NCBI GenBank assembly: GCA_963664815.2
Contig: CAXXHB010000003.1
Span: 320,001 to 384,000 of the forward strand
Direction: 5' to 3'
Source: Spirochaetota bacterium
Lineage (GTDB): Bacteria; Spirochaetota; UBA4802; UBA5550
Length of the DNA stretch: 64,000 nucleotides
Shown: one piece after another, positions 48,056 to 56,901 of the stretch
How the letters are laid out: every line of letters begins with the position of its first letter
Position numbering within the stretch: position 1 is the first letter of the stretch
Notes under the pieces: model-generated
Seen by the model: the letters and a program-made list of their open reading frames with translations, nothing else
The model's database searches: none
What the model was told of the DNA's origin: nothing
Program-made: the position numbers and the translations under genes

Positions 48056-49756
48056 TCACTTTTGTTTTGAGTAAACCGGTTTTATTGAAGCTATAAATTC
48101 ATTGAATGTTTTAGATTTAAAAATACTGTCTCTGTTTTCTTTGTCCTGAAAAATTGATGATATATCTGCAAGGATCTGAATCTGAGCTTGATGGTCATTA
48201 AGAGGTGTGAGGATCATAAAAATCATTTTTGTTAATTTGCCATCTATTGAGTTAAAGTCAATTCCAGTCTCAGATTTTGCAACTACAATAACAGGTTTGG
48301 TAATTCCGGTTAATTTTGCGTTTGGTATAGCGATCCCATGGCCGATGCCCGTACTCATTAATTTTTCTCTTTCCGATACCATTGATGCCGCAGTTTCATA
48401 GTCAATTGATGTTTTATTTATTAAAGTTTCAGACATTATTCTTATAGCATGGAACTGATCGGCAGCTTTAAGATTGCTTATATAGAATCTGCTTTCAAGA
48501 AGGTCAATCAGATTGAGTTTTTCAACAGGTCTGAGGAAGTATTTAATCAATGGTCCGCTTGTAATGGATGTAAGTACGGCGGTTATAATAATCGCTTCAA
48601 AAATTTCGCCATTAATAAGTCCGTAACGTAAGGCTACAACGCCAAGTACAATCCCCATTGCTCCGCTTGAACTCATTGCGGCACCTATTGCCATTGACTC
48701 TCTGATATTAAAGCCTGCAATCCTCCCTGAAATTACGGTGCTGCTGAATTTTCCAGTGAAAATTATCAATAAAAAAATAATAACCAGAAGAGGATTAAAA
48801 TTTGCAATAAAATCAATTCGTAATCCTATCGATACAAAAAACAGGGGGGCGAAGATATTATCAATGAACTGAGATATTGTATTTCTCGTCTGTTCACGCA
48901 GGTGTGGAGAATCTCCTATTGCTATGCCGGCAAGAAATGCTCCAAGTATTGCGTGAGTTCCTGCAGACTCCGCAACAGCAGATAAAATAAGTCCCGTTAT
49001 TATAGTGAAAGTAATGACTCCGCCCGGCCATTCAGTTTTTGCCTGTATCCAGGGTAATGTAAGATTAATAAGATATCTCAATAAAGTGAGCGCTATTGCG
49101 GCTATTAAAACTGTCAGAGCAAGAGTTTTTGCCATATTGTAAAAATTGATAGATCCGGTTTCAAGAAGCTGTATGTTTACTGAAAAAATCAGCCAGCCTA
49201 TCAGGTCCTTGATTACAGCCGAGGCCATGATAAGCATACCGAATTCTGAGTGAAAAAGCTTAAGGTTGAGAAGAATTTTGGCAATTAACGGCAATGCAGT
49301 AATTGAAAGGGATATTCCTATAAATATTGCAAATGTAAAACTGCCTTCCGAAACACCAAATAATCCCGGGAAAAATATCACCACGCAGGCACCTATTGTA
49401 AAAGGAAATATAATACTTAGTGAACTTATTAATATAACAGATTTTCCCTGCTTAATAACAGATGAGAGTTCAACTTCAAGGCCGGCAGTAAGAAGAAGAA
49501 AAACAACACCTATAAGTATGAATGCTTCAAGTGCAATGAAAATTCTGGAATTCCCGGCAGGGAAACAGGTAGTATATATATCCGGAGAGAGTCTTCCCAG
49601 GATTGTAGGTCCGAGAATAATTCCGGCGAGTATCTCACCTATAACAGAAGGGAGCTTCATTCTTGTGAATAATTCTCCGATTATTTTAGCAAGTCCAAGC
49701 ATTAAAGCCAGGGAGAGAAACAGTATAACTATATCGCTTTTATTAAATATACTCAT
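48056..49756 (-). CDS. Cation:proton antiporter (CPA2/Kef family) fused to PTS EIIA-like domain
   Basis: P.VIGEILAGIILGP, AGLE, SITALP, LGAFLAG, PLFFVSIG; C-terminal ERE..MSTGIG.GIAIP...GIDFNSIDG. Confidence 0.9.
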   Translation of the reverse strand: MSIFNKSDIVILFLSLALMLGLAKIIGELFTRMKLPSVIGEILAGIILGPTILGRLSPDIYTTCFPAGNSRIFIALEAFILIGVVFLLLTAGLEVELSSVIKQGKSVILISSLSIIFPFTIGACVVIFFPGLFGVSEGSFTFAIFIGISLSITALPLIAKILLNLKLFHSEFGMLIMASAVIKDLIGWLIFSVNIQLLETGSINFYNMAKTLALTVLIAAIALTLLRYLINLTLPWIQAKTEWPGGVITFTIITGLILSAVAESAGTHAILGAFLAGIAIGDSPHLREQTRNTISQFIDNIFAPLFFVSIGLRIDFIANFNPLLVIIFLLIIFTGKFSSTVISGRIAGFNIRESMAIGAAMSSSGAMGIVLGVVALRYGLINGEIFEAIIITAVLTSITSGPLIKYFLRPVEKLNLIDLLESRFYISNLKAADQFHAIRIMSETLINKTSIDYETAASMVSEREKLMSTGIGHGIAIPNAKLTGITKPVIVVAKSETGIDFNSIDGKLTKMIFMILTPLNDHQAQIQILADISSIFQDKENRDSIFKSKTFNEFIASIKPVYSKQK

Positions 49757-49984
49757 AAAATTCCGGTTTTAAAAAATATAAAATCCTCTCTCATCTAATC
49801 TGTCCAGTTAATATAAATTAAATAATGTTGCAATTAAAAATTAAATAGCATATAATACAGCAACAGAATAAAATATGGGTTTTAAAACGCTCATCTTATT
49901 CTAAATATTAATACAGTTGAATTTTTTTGATCTTAAACCTGGAATGAACAGACCGATAGTATAAATACGAGATATAATTAAAAA

Positions 49985-52360
49985 ATGAATAGAATATCAG
50001 GATATATTTTTAATCTTTATTTCCGTTTTCCCGGCGTCAGAATGTTTTTAATGATGATTATTATTTTTATAATTTTCAGCTTTATCAGTGTTGCTGTCAT
50101 GATATCGAATGATGTCACAACAGATCCGATCGGGTGGGAAAAGATGAAGATCATTTCTCCTGCCGGGATTACTGCGAAAAATGTCCATGCAGACAGGAAG
50201 GGGAATCTGGTCGCCGCAATTTTTGAGGGTGGGGCTAAAAATAACACTAAGATATATGTCACACTTTCATTTGACAGCGGCAACAGTTTTTTAGATCCGC
50301 TTGTGATATCTGAATTTAAATCTGAAATAAGCAGTAATCCCAGAATTGCTATATCGAACAAGGGCGAAATTTACGCGGCATGGTATGTCCTTTCGGAAGA
50401 TGAATCGAACAGCAGAATATACCTGTCTAAATCGCCGGATATGGGGGCTACTTGGAGTGAACCGGAAGTAGTTACATTTGGTATGCAGCTGGAAATACTT
50501 CCGCAGCCTGTATTTGACGATAGAGACGGGTTTCATCTCTTTTTTACCTCTTATAACGGTAATAACTTTAATCTTTTTCACGCCGGTATGAATGAAAAAC
50601 AGCTATTTACCAGAGCTGATCCGATTGTTAAATTGAAGGGAAATTTAAAGGGGGCATTCTTTCCAGCGATAAAATTTGTTGGTAATAATGTCATCGTTGT
50701 ATGTCAGGGAAAAGAGGAGAGTTACTCAGACCATCTTTATTTTACAATTTCGGATGATTATGGTAAAAGCTGGCGTGGTGTTGACAGGATAACCACGGGG
50801 AAGTTTAACAACCAGGCTCCGGCAATTGAAGTATATGATGATATAATTTACCTTGTATATATGAGCAACAGTGAAAAAAGCTGGAGTATTAATATGCTGA
50901 GAGGATATAAACTCGGTTCGAGATGGGACCCTGATCCGATGAAAATTTCCACCACTAATGCAAACTGCTACTCTCCGGATATATCGAATTCTCCGGATAA
51001 TGAACTGTTTATTACCTGGCATGACCTACGAGAGAAAGGGAGCCGTATTTTCTATAGAAAATATTCTGTTAAAACTAAAGAACTTCTTGAGGAAAATAAA
51101 CTCTCAATAAAACAGGCTACTGGCAGAAATCCTCTGTGTATCAACACATCAAAAAAGCTTGTTGTTATGTGGGAGGATGGCGGGAGGATTGCTATTAATT
51201 ACTCTGATAATTATGTTTCAGCTCCAACAGTTTTTTCCTCATCCCATCCCGAAGGTAAATGGAGTGTTGAAAATTCTGCTGTTATTAACTGGAAGAAGCC
51301 TTATGATGAATCTGGGATTTCGGGATATGCCACAATAACTGATAAAAATCCTGTAACCAATCCAACTATTCAAAATCAGAGAGGTGATTCATCAAGTATA
51401 CTTGTTACCGGGCTTGATGATGGGATTACATATTTTCACATAAGAGCTATTGACGGAGCCGGCAACATGAGCAGGACGGTTCACTACAGACTTCAGGTCA
51501 GTTCTAATCCTCTTGCCATGCCGGTAATTGTATCTCCAACTCATCCTGAAAATGCAAAAACTGAAGCAACTGACGCTGTTTTCAGGTGGGCTGTAAACGA
51601 TTCACGCAGATTGAAAGGATTTGTCTATAGTATATCAAAAGATACAGCGTTAAAACCCGAAAAGTTTATTAAAGATTTTGAAATTAAATTCAGCGATCTT
51701 GAAAAAGGGGTCTATTATTTTAATCTTGCCGCGGTGAGTACCACAAACCAGATGAGCAGGATTTCAACATATGGTTTTATTGTGGGTGAGGGTGAAATAG
51801 ATACTAATTATTTAAAGGATATAGCAAATAAAGATTGGTTGAAAGATATTAAAAGAAAACCATTAGCACTTCCCGCTCTGGAAATAAATCTTCCATTCGG
51901 TGATGCGGGACTGTACAATAGTGGTAATTTTACGGCTATTTTAAAACCTATTCATATACCATCTGCAAATGTAAGCGGATATTCCGTTATGCTGGGGAAT
52001 GAGAAGAAAGTGCCTGCTGATAAAATAAACCTGATGTCGGGTATTTTGAATATTGCCGGACTGACCAGAGGGGAATATAATCTTGCAGTGAAGTGCAGGT
52101 ATTTTAAAATTCTGAACGGGAAGAGGAGATATTTCTGGACAGAACCTGTATATAAAAGCTTTACTATTATTCCTGAAACAGAAGTGTCACCTCTGGATAA
52201 AATTTACAGCAGGCTTATGGAAAGATTTAAATCATCACCCTATGCTTTTTCTATGATAATATTTCTATTTTCAACCACAGTAATTTACAGGGGGTATGGA
52301 AGCAGAATCAGTTTTTATTTTAAGCGTATTAACTATAAGTTGAGGTATTATTTCAGTTGA
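49985..52360 (+). CDS. Membrane-anchored protein with BNR/Asp-box (sialidase-like) repeats and Ig/FN3-like domains
   Basis: SFDSGNSF, SPDMGATW, SDDYGKSW Asp boxes; DESGISGY, YFHIRAIDGAGN; N- and C-terminal TM segments. Confidence 0.75.
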   Translation: MNRISGYIFNLYFRFPGVRMFLMMIIIFIIFSFISVAVMISNDVTTDPIGWEKMKIISPAGITAKNVHADRKGNLVAAIFEGGAKNNTKIYVTLSFDSGNSFLDPLVISEFKSEISSNPRIAISNKGEIYAAWYVLSEDESNSRIYLSKSPDMGATWSEPEVVTFGMQLEILPQPVFDDRDGFHLFFTSYNGNNFNLFHAGMNEKQLFTRADPIVKLKGNLKGAFFPAIKFVGNNVIVVCQGKEESYSDHLYFTISDDYGKSWRGVDRITTGKFNNQAPAIEVYDDIIYLVYMSNSEKSWSINMLRGYKLGSRWDPDPMKISTTNANCYSPDISNSPDNELFITWHDLREKGSRIFYRKYSVKTKELLEENKLSIKQATGRNPLCINTSKKLVVMWEDGGRIAINYSDNYVSAPTVFSSSHPEGKWSVENSAVINWKKPYDESGISGYATITDKNPVTNPTIQNQRGDSSSILVTGLDDGITYFHIRAIDGAGNMSRTVHYRLQVSSNPLAMPVIVSPTHPENAKTEATDAVFRWAVNDSRRLKGFVYSISKDTALKPEKFIKDFEIKFSDLEKGVYYFNLAAVSTTNQMSRISTYGFIVGEGEIDTNYLKDIANKDWLKDIKRKPLALPALEINLPFGDAGLYNSGNFTAILKPIHIPSANVSGYSVMLGNEKKVPADKINLMSGILNIAGLTRGEYNLAVKCRYFKILNGKRRYFWTEPVYKSFTIIPETEVSPLDKIYSRLMERFKSSPYAFSMIIFLFSTTVIYRGYGSRISFYFKRINYKLRYYFS

Positions 52361-52690
52361 AGCAACTCTGTTTGTGATTATTGAAGCAGGGTTTTACCTG
52401 TATATTGCAGGATCCATGGTCTGTGAAAATTTTCCATAAGACATTTCGTTGCCATTTGCTGTGTGTTTTCTATCCAGTTTTAAATTATTTTCCATTAATG
52501 TCATCTTCAGTAAAAGTGCTTTTCCGAATTTCGGGCTGGTTAATTATAATTTTTCTGAAAATTTCATGGAGACGAGAAAAATATTCCCGATTGTAACTCC
52601 TTTGCGTAATATTGCTGGACTTTTATTTTATACTTTAATATATAGCAATGTATATAAATGCTTAATTATTTACGTCAGGAGAAGACAATC

Positions 52691-53782
52691 GTGGACGGAT
52701 TCCTTGTTTTAGAGTCCATTTCAAAAAGTTTTGGCAATAGAAAAGTTCTTGATAATGTTTCAGTCTCAATCAGGTTCGGTGAAATCTTTTCAATCCTGGG
52801 GCCGAGCGGATGCGGGAAAACAACCCTGCTTCGTATATGTGCCGGACTAGAAGAGCCTGACAGTGGAAGGATATATCTTAACGGGCAGGACATTACCGAT
52901 CTCCCGGCAAACAAACGGCCTGTAAATACAGTTTTTCAGAATTATGCACTTTTTCCGCACATGACGGTAAGGCAGAATATTGCCTATGGCCTGAAAATTG
53001 CCGGCCGGGATAAGAACGAAATTGATGAAGAGGTAAATCGGTTTCTCAAATTAACCCAGATGGAGAATTTTTCCGGAAGCAAGGTGACAAAACTGAGCGG
53101 CGGCCAGAAACAGAGGACGGCAATAGCGAGAGCGCTGATAAACAAACCGAATGTTCTGCTTCTTGATGAACCTCTTGCAGCCCTTGATTTAAAGCTCCGC
53201 CAGAATATGCTCAGTGAATTACAGAAAATACATAACGAAGTCGGCAGCACTTTTCTTTATGTGACACACGATCAGGGAGAAGCAATGAGTGTTTCCGACA
53301 GGATTGCCGTTATGAACAGCGGAAAGATAGAACAGTGCGCTGCTCCCGTGGATGTTTATGAAAGACCAAGCACTTCTTTTGTCGCATCTTTTATCGGTGA
53401 TACCAATCTTGTTGAAGGGATGGTTGTTTCAAATTCCAATAACTTCTGTCAGCTGGTTATAACAGCCCTGCCTGCCATGAGAGCAATGAGCCTGGATGGG
53501 GTCAGTATAGGTGACAGGGTGCGTCTCCTTATACGTCCGGAAAATATACTTATACTTAAAGATAAACCGGAATCGCTGGATTCCATTGATAATATAATTT
53601 CAGGAACAGTTAAAGAAACAACATATATGGGGCAGCAGACAAAGTATCTTATAAACGCCGGAGATCACCTCCTTTCTGTTGTGAGACATAACGGTGCGGT
53701 TTCTGACGATTCCAACATCCGGGCTGGTGATACAGTTTGGCTTCAATGCCGTGCTGATAAATCCTACGTGCTGGCTGACTGA
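52691..53782 (+). CDS. potA: Spermidine/putrescine ABC transporter ATPase
   Basis: GPSGCGKT, RPVNTVFQNYALFPH, LSGGQKQR, LDEPLAALD, TOBE tail; GTG after AGGAG. Confidence 0.9.
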   Translation: MDGFLVLESISKSFGNRKVLDNVSVSIRFGEIFSILGPSGCGKTTLLRICAGLEEPDSGRIYLNGQDITDLPANKRPVNTVFQNYALFPHMTVRQNIAYGLKIAGRDKNEIDEEVNRFLKLTQMENFSGSKVTKLSGGQKQRTAIARALINKPNVLLLDEPLAALDLKLRQNMLSELQKIHNEVGSTFLYVTHDQGEAMSVSDRIAVMNSGKIEQCAAPVDVYERPSTSFVASFIGDTNLVEGMVVSNSNNFCQLVITALPAMRAMSLDGVSIGDRVRLLIRPENILILKDKPESLDSIDNIISGTVKETTYMGQQTKYLINAGDHLLSVVRHNGAVSDDSNIRAGDTVWLQCRADKSYVLAD

Positions 53783-53783
53783 C

Positions 53784-54659
53784 ATGCAAATCAACAGAAA
53801 AAAAATGCTTGAAGGCTTAATAACCTTTCCGGCTGTGGTATGGCTTCTTCTGTTTTTTATTATTCCGCTGGTCTTCATTCTTGGAATTGCGTTCAGATCA
53901 ACCGATCCATACGGAAACATAGGTACTGAATGGACCGTAATATCTGTTCTAAAACTTTCAAATCCGGCTTATACAGTAATTGTATTACGCACTGTAGCGG
54001 TCAGCTTAATTACCGCTTTGCTCTCTCTATTGCTGGCGATTCCTGCGGGATATTATTTCGCCCGTGTCAGGCGATCCTGGCGAACAGTAACGATGATGCT
54101 TATTATTATTCCTTTCTGGACAAACATGCTGATAAGAATATATGCCTGGCGCTCAATGCTCGGAAGGGGCGGGGTGGTGGAGCGTTTCTTCTCTATGCTT
54201 AATATAACGGCCGGTGACACATCGCTCCTCTATAATATAAATGCTGTAGTTTTTATTCAGATTGCATTATTTCTTCCCTTCGCGATTTTACCAATTTATG
54301 CTGCAGCTGAAAAGTTTGACTGGAATCTTATTGAAGCCGCCCAGGATCTCGGAGCCGGGAAATTGCGTTCATTTATGACAATTTTTATTCCGGGCATCTC
54401 CGGAGGAATAATAACCGCCATGCTGCTTGTTTTTATTCCGGCTCTTGGAACCTATATAGTTCCGGACATTGTCGGCGGTCCCACAGCGGAAATGATAGGT
54501 AATAAAATTGCGCAGAGGATTCTTGTGGACAGAAATCTACCTGAAGCCAGCGCACTTGCAGGCGTATTATTTATAGCAATGATTCTTCCCGTGATAGTGT
54601 ATTTTTTTGTACGGTTTAGTCTTGGTAATAGAGAAATCAGAAGGAGAGATATATATTGA
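53784..54659 (+). CDS. potB: Spermidine/putrescine ABC transporter permease
   Basis: IPFWTNMLIRIYAW, LPFAILPIY, LIEAAQDLGA. Confidence 0.88.
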   Translation: MQINRKKMLEGLITFPAVVWLLLFFIIPLVFILGIAFRSTDPYGNIGTEWTVISVLKLSNPAYTVIVLRTVAVSLITALLSLLLAIPAGYYFARVRRSWRTVTMMLIIIPFWTNMLIRIYAWRSMLGRGGVVERFFSMLNITAGDTSLLYNINAVVFIQIALFLPFAILPIYAAAEKFDWNLIEAAQDLGAGKLRSFMTIFIPGISGGIITAMLLVFIPALGTYIVPDIVGGPTAEMIGNKIAQRILVDRNLPEASALAGVLFIAMILPVIVYFFVRFSLGNREIRRRDIY

Positions 54660-55429
54660 AGAGAGAATCACGGTTCCCGGCTGTTATTGCCCTGATTGTT
54701 CTTACAAGCCTTTACCTTCCCATAATTATAATGGTAATTAATTCGTTTAACGGCGCCAAATACGGTTCAGAATGGCAGGGATTTTCTTTAAAGTGGTATA
54801 AACAGATGTTTAATGACAGTGCAATATGGAGTGCTGTCTGCACAAGTATGATGGTAGGGGTTATTTCAACATTAATCTCCACAATATTTGGAGTTTTAAG
54901 CGCATATGCAATCCGGCGATTCTGGAGTCGCCGTCAGTCTGTCCATTATCTTTTGATATATACACCGCTGATAGTTCCGGATATTCTTCTTGGAATGGGA
55001 CTTCTGCTTTTATTCATCATGTTTCACTTTCAACTTGGTATTATTTCAATTATAGTGGCTCATATAACATTTTCGATCAGTTATGTTGCAATGGTGGTTC
55101 TTGGAAGGCTTCAGAATTTTGATTTCACATTGATTGATGCGGCGTATGATCTTGGCGCATCGCAGTGGACTGCAGTCAGAACAGTGCTTGTCCCGCTCAT
55201 CAGTCCGGGTATTCTGGCCGGTGCGCTTATTGCCTTTACTCTGTCAATGGATGACTTTGTCGTTACTTTTTTTGTAGCCGGGCCTGGAATTTCAACGCTT
55301 CCTATACATATTTACGGCATGATGAAGTACGGGGCGCTCCCTGTTATAAATGCGCTTTCGGTAATATTCCTTTTAATTACCGTAGTAATAATATTGCTCA
55401 TACATAAACTTTCAGGAGATATAGCATGA
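54656..55429 (+). CDS. potC: Spermidine/putrescine ABC transporter permease
   Basis: LYLP...SFN, GFSLKWY, AHITF, AAYDLGA, FTLSMDDF, TLPI. Confidence 0.88.
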   Translation: MKRESRFPAVIALIVLTSLYLPIIIMVINSFNGAKYGSEWQGFSLKWYKQMFNDSAIWSAVCTSMMVGVISTLISTIFGVLSAYAIRRFWSRRQSVHYLLIYTPLIVPDILLGMGLLLLFIMFHFQLGIISIIVAHITFSISYVAMVVLGRLQNFDFTLIDAAYDLGASQWTAVRTVLVPLISPGILAGALIAFTLSMDDFVVTFFVAGPGISTLPIHIYGMMKYGALPVINALSVIFLLITVVIILLIHKLSGDIA

Positions 55430-56451
55430 AAAAAATATTTGTTTTATTGATGATTCTTTTAGTCATCACATCCTGCGGGAGTAAAAAGAAAACGCTTCAT
55501 ATTTATAACTGGGGCGATTATATAGATCCGGCAGTTGTATCACAGTTTGAGAAAGATTTTAACTGCGTTGTTAAAATGGATTTCTATGATTCGAATGAAG
55601 CCCTTTATACAAAATTAAAGGCGGGTGCAAGCGGATACGATATAGCAGTTCCATCAAGTTTTATGGCCGCAATTCTTGAAAAACAGGGATTACTGCTGAA
55701 ACTTGATCATTCAAAACTTCCTAATCTTGCCAATCTTGATAAAAAATTTATGGCAAAACATCCTGATCCGGATAATAGTTACAGTGTACCCTATATGATG
55801 AGTTTTATCGGAATCGGATATAATTCAAAAAAAGTTAAAAACTTTCAGCCTAGCTGGTCCCAGTTTGACAGGGTGGATTTGAAGGGTAAAATTACCATGC
55901 TTGACGAAATGAGACCCTGCCTGGGGGCTGCGCTGAAATTTTTAGGATACAGCCTTAATTCCACCAATAGCAATGAGTTATCAAGCGCTGCCGAAGTTGT
56001 TATCAGATGGAAGAAAAATATTGCCAAATTTGATGTTGATGGAGCAAAACGCGGTCTGGCTGCGGGAGAATTTGATCTTATACATAACTACAGTGGAGAT
56101 GTACTTCAGATCCAGAAGGAAAATCCTGATCTTCTTTTCGGAATCCCAAAAGAGGGGACATCTATCAATGATGACGACCTTGTTATTCCATCTGCGGCAA
56201 AAGAGATTGAACTTGCCTATAAGTTCATCAATTATCTTCAGCGGCCCGATATCTGTGCACAAAACATGAACTATATATGCTATCTTGCGCCGAATATCCC
56301 TGCACAAAAGCTGATGCCGGAGTCTTTCAGAAAAAATCCGTCAATATTTCCCGATGCCGGAGTAATGGCGAAGTGCGAAGTTATGCGTGATCTCGGGGCT
56401 GATAATGAGAAATATTCAAAACTTTGGGATAAGATAAAAGCGGCTCAATAA
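55426..56451 (+). CDS. potD: Spermidine/putrescine-binding lipoprotein
   Basis: ITSC lipobox; IYNWGDYID, YDSNE, GYDIAVPS, YSGD, PKEG. Confidence 0.9.
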   Translation: MKKIFVLLMILLVITSCGSKKKTLHIYNWGDYIDPAVVSQFEKDFNCVVKMDFYDSNEALYTKLKAGASGYDIAVPSSFMAAILEKQGLLLKLDHSKLPNLANLDKKFMAKHPDPDNSYSVPYMMSFIGIGYNSKKVKNFQPSWSQFDRVDLKGKITMLDEMRPCLGAALKFLGYSLNSTNSNELSSAAEVVIRWKKNIAKFDVDGAKRGLAAGEFDLIHNYSGDVLQIQKENPDLLFGIPKEGTSINDDDLVIPSAAKEIELAYKFINYLQRPDICAQNMNYICYLAPNIPAQKLMPESFRKNPSIFPDAGVMAKCEVMRDLGADNEKYSKLWDKIKAAQ

Positions 56452-56469
56452 GCCGCTTTTATCTTATCC
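56427..56469 (+). terminator. 19-bp perfect hairpin overlapping the potD stop codon
   Basis: GGATAAGATAAAAGCGGCT-CAATA-AGCCGCTTTTATCTTATCC. Confidence 0.7.
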
Positions 56470-56715
56470 GGCACTGATATCTGCAGTTTGATTTATTAAT
56501 TTTGTATAATAAAATATCAAATCTATACAATACAGAATCTATTATGCTTAATAGATACATTTGCTGAAGAAATATATCGAATAATCATCCGGCGAAACAC
56601 CAGTAGGTCCAGCGTATGTTTTAAGATTATATTATATCCATGTTTTTAAACTTTGAAATAAGAACACTTCTTTCGAATTTCCATCCTCAGTAAGCATCTC
56701 TCAATACAATAGTTC

Positions 56716-56764
56716 TTGACAAACATATATGTCAATTTTAGCATAAATGCTAATAAAAGCATTT
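56716..56764 (+). promoter_or_regulatory. sigma70 promoter with overlapping palindromic operator-like sites
   Basis: TTGACA-17 nt-TAGCAT; palindromes TTGACA-N8-TGTCAA, TTAGCAT-AA-ATGCTAA and TAAATGCT-N6-AGCATTTA. Confidence 0.55.
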
Positions 56765-56901
56765 AGGTTAAAAATAACATCTGAAATCTGTTATATGGTA
56801 TCAATAGCATAATTAAAATATATAATACAGGTAAAATACGTTTCCGGCCGGTTCATTTTTTAAAAATGAATGCGAAAATATAAAATATTAAAGAGGTTGA
56901 A

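Noticed and set aside
52381-52712. Short ORFs upstream of potA
   Set aside because: TTG starts without RBS and atypical composition; likely promoter region.
56555-56620. CTGAAGA...CGAAAC...GTC hammerhead-like core
   Set aside because: Stem II cannot form and stems I and III pair poorly.
56470-56901. Cobalamin riboswitch upstream of the TonB receptor
   Set aside because: No B12-box or GGGAA/GCCACTG core elements; the region is very AT-rich.
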